A DNA stretch of 64,000 nucleotides from an uncultured Alphaproteobacteria bacterium (GTDB lineage: Bacteria > Pseudomonadota > Alphaproteobacteria > Rhizobiales > Kaistiaceae). Position numbers and translations under genes: made by a program. The stretch lies in the NCBI GenBank assembly GCA_963792845.1, contig CAWBXW010000004.1, positions 5,313 to 69,312 on the forward strand, read 5' to 3'. Under the pieces are notes generated by a model, which had not been told where the DNA came from, did no database searches, and was given only the letters and a program-made list of their open reading frames with translations. Shown here piece by piece: positions 20,028 to 30,214 of this stretch. How positions within the stretch are numbered: position 1 is the first letter of the stretch; the number at the start of each line of letters is the position of its first letter.

Positions 20028-20965
20028 GGTCGGCAAGACGACGAATGCCGATGCGAGCCGGCACGCGGCGGCGTCGAGATCGACCCGGTCACCGGCCAGC
20101 CGACCACCGGCCACGTCTGGGACGGCATCCGCGAACTGAACCGGCCGCTGCCGCGCTGGTGGCTGTGGACCTTCTACGCCACCATCGTCTTCGCGCTGGT
20201 CTACGTCGTCCTCTACCCGGCGATCCCGCTCATTCGCGGCGGCAGCGGCGGCGTCCTCGGCTACTCGACCCGCGCCGACGGTCGAGGAGCGAGCATGCGA
20301 CCGCGCCCGCCAGGCGCAGGCGGGCCGGCTCGACCAGATCGCCAACCTGCCGCTCGAGGAGATCAAGGCCGAACGCCGACCTCGACCGCTTCGCCGTCGC
20401 CGGCGGCCGCTCGGCCTTCCTGGTCAACTGCGTCCAGTGCCACGGCACCGGCGCCGCCGGCTCGAAGGGCTATCCCAACCTCAACGACGACGACTGGCTG
20501 TGGGGCGGCACGCTCGAGGACATCTACCAGACCATCGCCTACGGCATCCGCTCGCGACCGACCCCGACACCCGCTACTCGCGAGATGCCGTCCTTCGGCG
20601 CCGACGGTATCCTGACCCGCGACGCAGATCGTCGACGTCGCCGAATACGTGCTGTCGCTCTCCGGCAAGCCGCACGACGCGGCGCTCGGCGACGGAAGGC
20701 GCCGCGATCTATCGACCCGGCAACTGCGCGAGCTGCCACGGCGAGGAGCGGCGACGGCAACCGCGACTTCGGCGCGCCGAGGCTCAACGACGCGATCTGG
20801 CTCAAGGCGCGGCACGCGCGAACGCGATCATCGCCCAGGTCACCAGAGCCCCAAGCATGGGCGTCATGCCGGCCTGGTCCGGGCCGGCTCAGCGACACCG
20901 TGATCAAGGAGCTGGCCCTCTACGTCCATTCGCTCGGCGGCGGCGAGGCGGCGGCAGCCAACTGA
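20020..20965 (+). CDS. ccoP: cbb3-type oxidase subunit III (FixP), apparent indels
   Basis: TTGHVWDGIRELN.PLPRWW, CVQCHG, YPNLNDDDWLWGG, second CASCHG, LYVHSLGGGE. Confidence 0.92.
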
Positions 20966-22528
20966 TGACGCATGAACGCGCCGAGATAGCCAGGGAACGG
21001 ACGCGCCTGCGACGCGTCGAGACGATCGACGTCGAGGCGGTCAACCGGCGCAGCCGCCAGAAGTTCTACCAGGCGCGCGATCAAGATCTTCCCGAAGCGG
21101 GCCGAGGGCTTCTACCGCCGGCTGAAATGGGCGGTCATGGCGGTGACGCTCGGCGATCTACTGGATCACCCCGTGGATCCGCTGGGACCGCGGCCCCTAT
21201 CGCGCCCGACCAGGCGGTGCTGGTCGACCTCGCCAACCGGCGCTTCTACTTCTTCTTCATCGAGATCTGGCCGCAGGAATTCTACTACGTCGCCGGCCTC
21301 CTGATCATGGCCGGGCTCGGGCTGTTCCTGGTCACCTCGGTCGCCGGCCGGGTCTGGTGCGGCTACACCTGCCCGCAGACGGTGTGGACCGACCTCTTCA
21401 TCTGGGTCGAGCGGCTGATCGAGGGCGACCGCAACGCCCGCATGAAGCTCGACAAGGCGCCGTGGAGGTCCGAGAAGATCGCCAAGCGCGCCGCCGTCTA
21501 CGTCGGTCTGGCTGCTGATCGCGGTGGCGACCGGCGGCGCCTGGATCTTCTACTTCGCCGACGCGCCGACGCTGCTCGGCGCAGTTCGTCACCGGCGAGG
21601 CGCCGGCCATCGCCTACATCACCGTCGGCGTGCTCACCGCGACCACCTACGTCTTCGCCGGCTTCATGCGCGAGCAGGTCTGCACCTATATGTGCCCCTG
21701 GCCGCGCATCCAGGGCGCCATGCTCGACGAGGATTCGCTCCTCGTCACCTACAACGACTGGCGCGGCGAGCCGCGCTCGCGCCACCAGAAGAAGGCGCTC
21801 GGCCGAGGGCCTCGACGTCGGCGATTGCGTCGACTGCAATGCCTGCGTCGCGGTCTGCCCGATGGGCATCGACATCCGCGACGGCAACCAGCTCGAGTGC
21901 ATCACCTGCGCCTTCTGCATCGACGCCTGCGACGGCGGTGATGGAGAAGCTCGGCAAGCCGCAGCGGGCTGATCTCCTACACGACGCTCCGCGACTACAA
22001 TACCCATGCCGCCGAGACCGCGGCCGCTCGGCCGCGCCGCGGCCACCGCGCACCAGAAGTCGGTCGGCGTCTCCCACATCGTGCGGCCGCGGACGCTGCT
22101 CTATACTCGGCCTGTGGTGCCTGGTCGGCATCGCTGATGCTGGTCAGCGTCGCTCACCCGCGACCGCCTCGACATCAACGTCATCCCCGACCGCAACCCG
22201 CTCTACGTGACGCTGTCCGACGGCTCGATCCGCAACGGCTACACGCTCAAGGTCCTCAACATGACCAACGAGCCGCGCACCTTCGAGGTCGCGATCGACG
22301 GCCTGCCCGGCGCCGGCGATGTGGATCGCCGGCGAAGACGGCACCAGCCGGTCCGCGCCATCGCCGTCGACGTCGAGGCCGACCGCTTGCGCGAGATCAA
22401 GGTCTTCGTGGCCCAGCCGATGCCGCGAAGCCGGGCCTGACCGGTTCGCCTTCACCGTGCGCGACCTCGCCGGCTCGGAGAGCGGGCGCGCCGCCGCCGA
22501 CTTCTACGCGCCGGAGGCTAGGTCTTGA
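20965..22528 (+). CDS. ccoG: cbb3 oxidase accessory 4Fe-4S protein (FixG), apparent indels
   Basis: GRVWCGYTCPQTVWTD, REQVCTYMCPWPRIQ, CVDCNACVAVCP, CITCAFCIDAC. Confidence 0.92.
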
Positions 22529-22558
22529 CCAGGTGCTTCGACGTACGCAATCTGCCCC

Positions 22559-22652
22559 GCCTCCGCCTTCCGGGGAGGGGACCGTCGGACCGCGCCGTCG
22601 CCGCGATGCGTGTCGCAGACAGTCCGATCCGGCCCTCCCTGAAGGCGGAGGC
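22559..22652. repeat. ~95-bp inverted-repeat intergenic element (RIME/REPIN-like)
   Basis: GCCTCCGCCTTC..GGGAGGG at 22559 pairs with CCCTCCCTGAAGGCGGAGGC ending 22652; inner TCGGAC/GTCCGA. Confidence 0.6.
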
Positions 22653-22688
22653 TGACAAATCAGCCTGCTCCCCGGCGATGCACAGGCC

Positions 22689-23207
22689 ATGACGCGCTCC
22701 GCGATTTCTTCCGCCTCGACGACGAGCATCCCTTCACCGGCCGGCACATGCTGGCCGTCGTGCTTCGTCTTCTTCGGCACGATCATCGCCGTCAACGTCG
22801 TCATGGCGATCGCCGCGACCGGCACCTTTCCCGGCCTGGTCGTCGAGAACAGCTACGTCGCCAGCCAGAACTACAACGAGACCCTCGCCGAGGCCCGCGG
22901 CGCAGGACGAGGCCGGCTGGCAGATGGATCTCGACGGCGCCCGACGGCGTGCATCGCGGTCCGTCTCGCCGACCGCGACGGCGTCGCCGCTGCGCCGGCT
23001 CGCGGTCACCGCCGCTCGCCGGCCGGCCGTCGACCACGCGAGGAGGACCGCACGCTCGATCCTCGTCGAGGACGACGGGCGGCTATCGCGCCGCCGAGGC
23101 GCTGCCGCCGGGCATTTGGGACATCGACGTCGAGGCCCGCCGCGACGGCGACGCGTCGTCTTCGGCGCCCGGCAGCGCATCCATGTCGGCCGGGGACGGC
23201 CGGATGA
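22689..23207 (+). CDS. ccoH: FixH family protein, apparent indels
   Basis: FTGRHML...FFGTIIAVN..M...A..TFPGLVVENSYVASQ.YN. Confidence 0.88.
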   Translation: MTRSAISSASTTSIPSPAGTCWPSCFVFFGTIIAVNVVMAIAATGTFPGLVVENSYVASQNYNETLAEARGAGRGRLADGSRRRPTACIAVRLADRDGVAAAPARGHRRSPAGRRPREEDRTLDPRRGRRAAIAPPRRCRRAFGTSTSRPAATATRRLRRPAAHPCRPGTAG

Positions 23208-25529
23208 TGGACGCGCGCGACGCGACGCAGTCGCGGTCGGCGGCTGCTGCACGCCGGCCGCCCTGGTCTCGACCGCCGGCCGCGATCGACCCGACCTTCG
23301 TCCGCGTCGAGCGACGACGGCGACCGGCCACATCGATTTCCTCGTGCCGGAGATGCACTGCGCCGCCTGCATCGGCAGGATCGAGGACGGGCTCAGCGCG
23401 CTCGCCCGGCGTCACCCGGGCCCGCGCCAATCTCACCAGCCACCGCGTCGGCATCGACTTCGACGCCGCCGCGGGCGATCCCGGACGCGATGCTCGCCGC
23501 GATCGAGGCGCGCCGGCTATTCGGCGCGGCCCTTCGACGCCTCCGCCTTCGACGCCGCGAGCCGCGACGCGGTCGGCGGCGACCTCGTCCGCTGCCTGGC
23601 GGTGGCCGGCTTCGCCGCCGGCAACATCATGCTGCTCTCGGTGTCGGTGTGGTCGGGCGCGAGCGACGCGACGCGCGAGCTGTTCCACTGGCTGTCGGCG
23701 CTGATCGCGCTGCCGGCGATCGCCTATGCCGGCCGGCCGTTCTTCCGCTCGGCGCTCCGCAGCATCTCGGCGGGCTCGCTCAACATGGACGTGCCGATCT
23801 CGATCGGCGTGCTGCTCGCCGCGGCGATGAGCCTCTACGAGACGGCGACCGGCGGCGCAGCACGCCTATTTCGACGCCGCGGTGTCGCTGCTCTTCTTCC
23901 TGCTCGTCGGCCGCTTCCTCGACTACCGGATGCGCGACGTCGCGCGCTCGGCCGCGGCGAAGCTGATGTCGCTGTCGGCGCGGAGCGCGATGCGGATCGC
24001 CGCCGACGGCTCCGTCGCCCACGTGCCGATCGCCGACATCGTGCCCGGCGACACGGTGCGCGTCGCCGCCGGCGAGCGGATCCCGGTCGACGGCATCGTC
24101 ATCGCCGGCGCGAGCGACATCGACAAGTCGATGCTGACCGGCGAGCCGGAGCCCGAGCCGGTCGCGGACCGGCGGGCAGGCCTTCGCCGGCACCCTCAAC
24201 CTCACCGGGCCGCTGACGCTCAGGGTCACCGCCAAGGCCGGCGACACGCTGCTCGCCGAGATCGTCCGGCTGATGGAGGCGGCGGAGCATTCCTCCGGCC
24301 GCTATGTCCGCCTCGCCGACCGCGTCTCGCGCTACTACGCGCCGTTCGTCCATATCGTTGCGCTCGGCCACGGTGGTCGGCTGGCTGCTTGCCGGCGCCG
24401 GCTGGCACATGGCGCTGACCACGGCGGTCGCCGTGCTGATCATCACCTGCCCCTGCGCCCTCGGCCTCGCCGTGCCGGCGGTGCAGGTCGTCGCCGGCGG
24501 CTTCCTGCTCGGCCGCGGCATCATGGTCAAGGACGGCGGCGCGCTCGAGCGCCTCGCCGCGATCGACACGGTCGTCTTCGACAAGACCGGCACCCTCACC
24601 GAGGGCGAGCCGCGGCTGGCCGGCGCCCCGGCCGCCGATCGCCGGCGAATGGTCGCTGGCGGCCGCGCTCGGCGCGGCCAGAGCCGTCATCCGCTGGCCC
24701 GCGCCCTCGCCCGCGCCGCGGCCGCGACCGCGGCACCGGGCCGTCAGCGCTCGACGACGTCGTCGAGCATCCCGGCGAGGGCATGGAGGGGCGGCTCGGC
24801 GATCGCGACGTCCGTCTCGGCCGCCGCGATTTCGTCGGCGGCGTCGCCGAGGCCGCCGGCTCCGGCCGAGAGCCGAGATCTGGCTCCGCATCGGCGACGC
24901 GGCCGCCGCTCCGCTTCGCCTTCGAGGACACGCTCCGCGCCGACGCCGCGGAGACCGATCGCCGCACTGAAGGCAGGCCGGCCTCGACGTCGTCCTTCTC
25001 TCCGGCGACCGGCCCGAGGCCGTCGCCGCGGGTCGCCGCGCCGGCCGGCATCGACGAATGGCGCGCCGGCGTGCGGCCGGCGGAAAAGGCGGCGTTCCTC
25101 GCCGAGCTCGCCGCGAAGGGCCGCCGGGTGCTGATGGTCGGCGACGGCCTCAACGATGCCCCGGCGCTCGCCACGGCCTTCGTCTCGATGTCGCCGGCCA
25201 GCGCCGCCGACATCAGCCAGGCCGCCGCCGACATCGTCTTCACCGGACGCCGGCTCGCGCCGGTTGGCGGTCGCCCTGACGGTGGCGCGGCGCGCCCGCG
25301 CGCATCATCCGCCAGAACTTCGCGCTGGCCATCGCCTATAATCTCATCGCCGTGCCGGTCGCGATCCTCGGCTTCGCGACGCCGCTGATCGCCGCGGTCG
25401 CGATGTCCGAGCTCGTCGATCCTGGTGACGGGCAATGCGCTGAAGCTGCCGCTCCTGATGCGGCGCGAGCGGAGGCCCGCGGCGCGAGCGCGGCGGCGGC
25501 GCTGGCACCCGTGGAGCGTCGCGGCATGA
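23204..25529 (+). CDS. ccoI: Copper-translocating P1B-type ATPase (FixI), apparent indels
   Basis: MHCAAC, LTGE, ITCPCALG, FDKTGTLT, HPL, MVGDGLNDAPAL. Confidence 0.92.
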
Positions 25530-25709
25530 ACGGGCTGATGATCCTGATTCCGGTGGCGCTGCTTCTCGGCGCTGGTCGGGCTCGTCGCGTTCCTCTGGTC
25601 GCTGCGCTCCGGGCAGTTCGACGATCTCGACGGCGCCGCCGTGCGCATCCTCCGCGACGACGCAGCCCCGCCGGGCGACCCGGCAAGACACGGCAAGGAT
25701 CAGGCTTAG
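25526..25709 (+). CDS. ccoS: cbb3 oxidase maturation protein (FixS), apparent indel
   Basis: MNGLMILIPVALLLG...AFLWSLRSGQFDDLDGAA.RIL.DD. Confidence 0.88.
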
Positions 25710-25754
25710 CCGTAACGCGCCCCCTCGCCTATTTTCTTGAGCGATGTGCGAAGG

Positions 25755-27362
25755 ATGGGCGACATGCCTGGATCGGAAGAGACCGTCGAAAACAGCGGCC
25801 GCGACGTCGTCGAAGACCAGAGCGAGACGCTTGCGTTTCTCGCCGAGCCGGCGACGTATGGCCTCACGGCGCCGGTGGCGAGGATCGATACCCACGCCGC
25901 CGCGGTGTTTCTCGCCGGCCCGAACGTCTACAAGGTCAAGCGCGCCGTCCGCTTCCCGTTCATGGATCTGTCGACGCTGGAGAAACGGAAGGCGGCCTGC
26001 GAGGCCGAGGTCGCCGTCAATCGGCGTTATGCGCCCGGCCTCTACCTCGGCGTTGTGCCGATCACCCGCGCCGCCGGCGGGCTGCGGATCGGCGGCGACG
26101 GCGATGTCGTCGAATGGGCCGTGCAGCTCAAGCGATTCGACGAGACGCAGACCCTCGACCATGTCGGCGACCGCGGCGAACTTGACGATGGGCTCATCGG
26201 TCGCCTCACCGAGGTCGTGCTTGCCACATACGACGGCGCGCCGCCGGGGGACGGCGTCGCCGCCACCGACGCGCTGGCTGCGGTCGTCGAGGAGACGGCG
26301 ACGGCGCTGGTCAATGCCGCCGACGTCTTGCCGCGCGGTGAAACCGAAAAGCTGGCGCTGGCGATGCGGACCGAGTTCGCAGGGCTGCGAGCGCTGCTTC
26401 TTGCCCGCGGCGGCAGCGGAAAGGTCCGCCGCTGTCACGGCGACCTTCACCTCCGCAACATCGTCCTGATCGAGGGCAGGCCGACCCTGTTTGACGCGAT
26501 CGAATTCGATGAGACGATCGCCACGATCGATATCCTCTACGACCTGGCCTTCCTGCTCATGGACCTATGGGAGCGTCGCCTCCGATCTCAGGCCAACCTC
26601 CTCCTCAATCGCTACCTCTGGGGCGCCGCCGATCTTGCGGGCGAGCTCGAGGGCCTTGCCGCGCTGCCTCTTTTCCTCGCCCTTCGCGCCGCGGTTCGCG
26701 CCAAGGTCGAGGCGCTCCGCTATCTCGACGTCGAGCGCGCGGAGGAAACGCGGCAGGAGGCCCGGCGCTATCTCGGCGCCGCCCGCGCCTTGCTTGCCCA
26801 CGGCCCCGCGCAGCTCGTCGCAATCGGCGGACTCTCCGGCACCGGCAAATCGACGCTCGCGGCACGGATCGCACCCGCGATCGGCCGGCCGCCGGGCGCG
26901 GTGCATCTTCGCAGCGACGTCGAGCGGAAGCGGATCTTCGGCGTTCCGGAGCTGGGCCGCCTGCCTGAGGCGGCCTACGCCCCCGGCGCGAGCCAGCGGG
27001 TATTTGCAGCGCTCCGCGACGCGGCGGCGATCGCCCTTGCCGCAGGACAGAGCGTCATCGTCGACGGCGTCCACCTCAGGCTCGACGAGCGGGAAGCGAT
27101 CGCGGACGTGGCGCAACGTGCCGGAGTTCGCTTCACGGGCCTGTGGCTCGAGGCGCCGCTCGCCGTCCTGACGGAGCGCGTCTCGGCCCGGATCGGCGAC
27201 GCCTCCGATGCCACCGCCGCCGTGGTCGCGAGGCAGGCGGACCAGTCGCCAGGACCAATCGCCTGGCGGCGGCTCAATGCGGCTCAGGGTATCGACGGGC
27301 TCGCCGACGCAGCCCTTGCCGCCATCGGGATCGTTTCGGGCGGCACCGCACCGTCCCACTGA
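25755..27362 (+). CDS. Bifunctional aminoglycoside-phosphotransferase-like/AAA kinase protein (Rv2004c-like)
   Basis: THAA.VFL, YKVKR.V...FMD.ST, CHGDLHL.NI, FDAIEF; C-terminal GGLSGTGKST P-loop, RSDVERK, DASDAT. Confidence 0.88.
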   Translation: MGDMPGSEETVENSGRDVVEDQSETLAFLAEPATYGLTAPVARIDTHAAAVFLAGPNVYKVKRAVRFPFMDLSTLEKRKAACEAEVAVNRRYAPGLYLGVVPITRAAGGLRIGGDGDVVEWAVQLKRFDETQTLDHVGDRGELDDGLIGRLTEVVLATYDGAPPGDGVAATDALAAVVEETATALVNAADVLPRGETEKLALAMRTEFAGLRALLLARGGSGKVRRCHGDLHLRNIVLIEGRPTLFDAIEFDETIATIDILYDLAFLLMDLWERRLRSQANLLLNRYLWGAADLAGELEGLAALPLFLALRAAVRAKVEALRYLDVERAEETRQEARRYLGAARALLAHGPAQLVAIGGLSGTGKSTLAARIAPAIGRPPGAVHLRSDVERKRIFGVPELGRLPEAAYAPGASQRVFAALRDAAAIALAAGQSVIVDGVHLRLDEREAIADVAQRAGVRFTGLWLEAPLAVLTERVSARIGDASDATAAVVARQADQSPGPIAWRRLNAAQGIDGLADAALAAIGIVSGGTAPSH

Positions 27363-27659
27363 CAGCGGTTCGAGCTCGTGACCGGCGCGTTTATAGGCGG
27401 TGAAGATCGGGTGGACGACGATCAGGAGCACCACCGCTGCTGACCGCTCGCGGCCGCAGGAAAGACGGCGGTTCCGGCGGGCGATTCGCGCCGCGGAAGG
27501 TGCCGCAGGTCACGGGACCGGAGACGCTCCGCCGCGCCGCAAGCAGGACTTCCGGGCTCTCGACCTTTGCGGCCGGATCGTGTGTAAGACTCTCGCGCGC
27601 CGTCCGCCTCGCGGCGCGGCAGCAGCGAACGCGTTGCGGTTGGCCGCAGGAGTTTTCGA

Positions 27660-28493
27660 ATGGTGCGAATCCTGACCTTCTCGAGCAGTGCCTCGGCCAC
27701 GCCGGACAGCGCCGGCAATGTGATCGTCTCGGGCTCCTATGGCGGCGAGTACAATGCCTTTCATGCGGCCAAGTGGAAGATCCGCGGCGTCGTCCTCAAC
27801 GACGCGGGTGTCGGCCGGGGGAACGCCGGGACAAAGGGTCTGCCCTATCTTGACCGCATCAAGCTGGCGGGCGCTACGGCCGATGCCTGGACCTGCCACA
27901 TCGCCGACGGCGAGCACATGCTCGCCCACGGCCGGATCAGCTATGTCAACGACTCGGCGACCAGGCTCGGCTGCCGCGTCGGCCAAGGCGTCGCCGAATG
28001 CGCCGAACTGATGACCAAGGGCCCGATCGTCGACACGGCGCCGCCCGAGATCGCAGGGGGCAAGCGCTACACGCTCCGCGATTTTCCGGGCGAACCGAAG
28101 GTGCTGGCTCTCGACGCCGCGCCGATGCTGGTGCCGGAGGATGCCGGCGCGATTGCCATCACCGGCTCGCACGCCGCGCTTTTCCGCGGCCGGCCGGACA
28201 ACGTGATCGGTCCGGCGCTTCTCGCGGTTTTCTTCAACGACGCCGGGGTGGGAATGGATCAGGCGGGGATCACCCGGCTGCCGACGCTCGATGAGCGCCG
28301 GATCGCGGCCGGCACCGTCTCGGCGGAAAGCGCTCCGATCGGCGATGCCCGGGCGTCCTACAACGAGGGCATCATTTCGCATCTCAATCAGACGGCGCTC
28401 GGTCTCGGCGGGGCCGTCGGCCAACCGCTCAAGGTCTTCGTCGACCGAATCCTAGCGCTGGCCCGCGCCGGATCGATCGCTCCGCGCCCGTGA
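27660..28493 (+). CDS. Uncharacterised protein made of two tandem homologous domains
   Basis: GS(Y/H)..., NDAGVG...AG...LP.LD and GxIS..N..A..LG..VGQ each occur twice; RBS AGGAG. Confidence 0.8.
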   Translation: MVRILTFSSSASATPDSAGNVIVSGSYGGEYNAFHAAKWKIRGVVLNDAGVGRGNAGTKGLPYLDRIKLAGATADAWTCHIADGEHMLAHGRISYVNDSATRLGCRVGQGVAECAELMTKGPIVDTAPPEIAGGKRYTLRDFPGEPKVLALDAAPMLVPEDAGAIAITGSHAALFRGRPDNVIGPALLAVFFNDAGVGMDQAGITRLPTLDERRIAAGTVSAESAPIGDARASYNEGIISHLNQTALGLGGAVGQPLKVFVDRILALARAGSIAPRP

Positions 28494-28759
28494 CTCTCGA
28501 CGGGGGATTCGGAGCATCACAGAGCCTTGACGACGCGTCGTTCGGCGGCACCGGCGTCATGCTCCTGCGGCTCCAATTGCAACTATCCCCGAAGACCGGT
28601 GTCGATGGGCCGCGCGGATTGACGGCCCTTGTCTCGTTGGGGCGAGCAGAGGATCGGGCAGCCGCATCTTCGTTCCCTGAAAGGCGACCCGGCCACCGCA
28701 TAGTCTGCGGCGGCCGGCCGGCATCGTCACCGGGACCCGTTTCAGTCCGGTCGGCGTTC

Positions 28760-29638
28760 CTAGAGGACGAAGTCGCCGTGATGGAGGTGCTGAACGTCGA
28801 CCTTGATGAGAAGGTCCTTGTGGCCGTCGCCGTCGACGTCGGCCTTCAGCTTGCCGTTCCTGAACTGCAGCTCACCCTGGTGGTGGTGGAAGGGGTTGTC
28901 GCCGATATATTTGAACGCCTGGTCGCCTGGCTTGTGCGCCTTGGCATCGATCCCAGAGAGATCGATGAGGTCGCCTTCATGATGGTTGAAGTCGTGGATG
29001 ACGTCGGCGAGCGCGCCTTTCTTCGACGTGTCGGCGATGTCCTTGAAGACGAAGGTATCGGCGCCGCGGCCGCCCCATAGATCGTCCTGGCCGAGGCCAC
29101 CAACGATCGTGTCGTTGCCGGAACCGCCCTCAATCTGGTCGTTGCCGCCACCCCCTTCCATCTGGTCATCGCCGCTGCCGCCATGCATCTCGTCATCGCC
29201 ATCGCCGGCATTGGGTGCCTCGAGGTCACCGCGCATCTGGTCGTTGCCGGTGCCGCCGTCCATGAAATCGTTACCGGTGCCGCCCTGCATCTGATCGTCG
29301 CCGGCACCGCCATACATTTGGTCGTCGCCAGCATCGACCTTTTCAGCGAGTATGTTCGGGTCTGTGCTGAGGGCGGCACCGATCTTGTCGTTGCCGTCAC
29401 CGCCATATTCGGCATCGTTACCGTCACCGCCCTGCACCTGGTCGTCGCCGGCGCCGCCGTCGACGAAGTCGCTATCGGTGCCGCCCTGGAGCAGGTCGTT
29501 GCCGTCGCCGCCATAGAGGTGATCGGCGCCGGCCGCCCCCTTGAGCGTATCGTCACCCCCGAGTCCGTAGCTCTGGTCCGCGGCTCCGCCGCCGCCGTTG
29601 GCGTCGTCAGTCGCATTGCCGCCGATGAAAACTGCCAT
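28760..29638 (-). CDS. RTX-type Ca2+-binding secreted protein with serralysin-like C-terminal domain
   Basis: Many GGxGxD nonapeptides; GADTFVF...D.I.DF...EGD.IDLS.IDA...GDQAF, ends DFVL (type I secretion-like tail). Confidence 0.9.
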   Translation of the reverse strand: MAVFIGGNATDDANGGGGAADQSYGLGGDDTLKGAAGADHLYGGDGNDLLQGGTDSDFVDGGAGDDQVQGGDGNDAEYGGDGNDKIGAALSTDPNILAEKVDAGDDQMYGGAGDDQMQGGTGNDFMDGGTGNDQMRGDLEAPNAGDGDDEMHGGSGDDQMEGGGGNDQIEGGSGNDTIVGGLGQDDLWGGRGADTFVFKDIADTSKKGALADVIHDFNHHEGDLIDLSGIDAKAHKPGDQAFKYIGDNPFHHHQGELQFRNGKLKADVDGDGHKDLLIKVDVQHLHHGDFVL

Positions 29639-30214
29639 GGTGCTGGTCCCTTGGCTTCTGGGTTGCGTTGCGGATTGGTGGCGCCGCCACCATTCCTGCG
29701 GACGGCCAGATCAGTTCGGGAGTGCTGAAGGTGACCCATCTTCCGGTACAGAGAATGGCGAGTTGTTCGTCGCCATGTCGGTGTTACCTAAAGCAGCACA
29801 ATCCGTGCGTTGGCCGTGAACGATCTGTGAATCGCGACGCGTACGGCAATATGCCATTACGCAGTATCGAGTACATCTCAACTACGCAAGGACATTGCCT
29901 CAGGTAGCGACGCGAGAGAACAGATCGATGAAATAATGCTCTAAGCTCAATGTGGCGATACTATGTCATCTGCCACAATTAGAAAATTAGACCCGCGATG
30001 ATCGCGAATGAGCCAGTTGCAGGATGCCGATGAGACCTCCTGCGAACGGCACCCTGAGCCGAGCATCCGTCGGCACAAATACGACGCGATTATGCGTGGT
30101 TGGCACTCCGACCCGTCCTGCCCAAGCGGCGGTTCGGTGAGCTGGACCAGGGTCGTATGCGACGCCTAAGGCAAGCCCGGGCTTAGGCCGATGATGGGCC
30201 TCCCTCGACCCGCC

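Noticed and set aside
17468-25709. Programmed frameshifting or true pseudogenisation of cco genes (also indels at ~2568, 37535, 39870, 40070, 46530, 47315, 52255, 62545)
   Set aside because: The indels are scattered single bases with no common slippery motif, and protein motifs and codon bias are preserved. Sequencing error is the simplest explanation; reads are needed to confirm.
29640-30190. Riboswitch or sRNA upstream of the RTX gene
   Set aside because: Only a weak inverted repeat (TGTGGC...GCCACA near 29951-29977) and no recognisable aptamer; treated as a promoter region.
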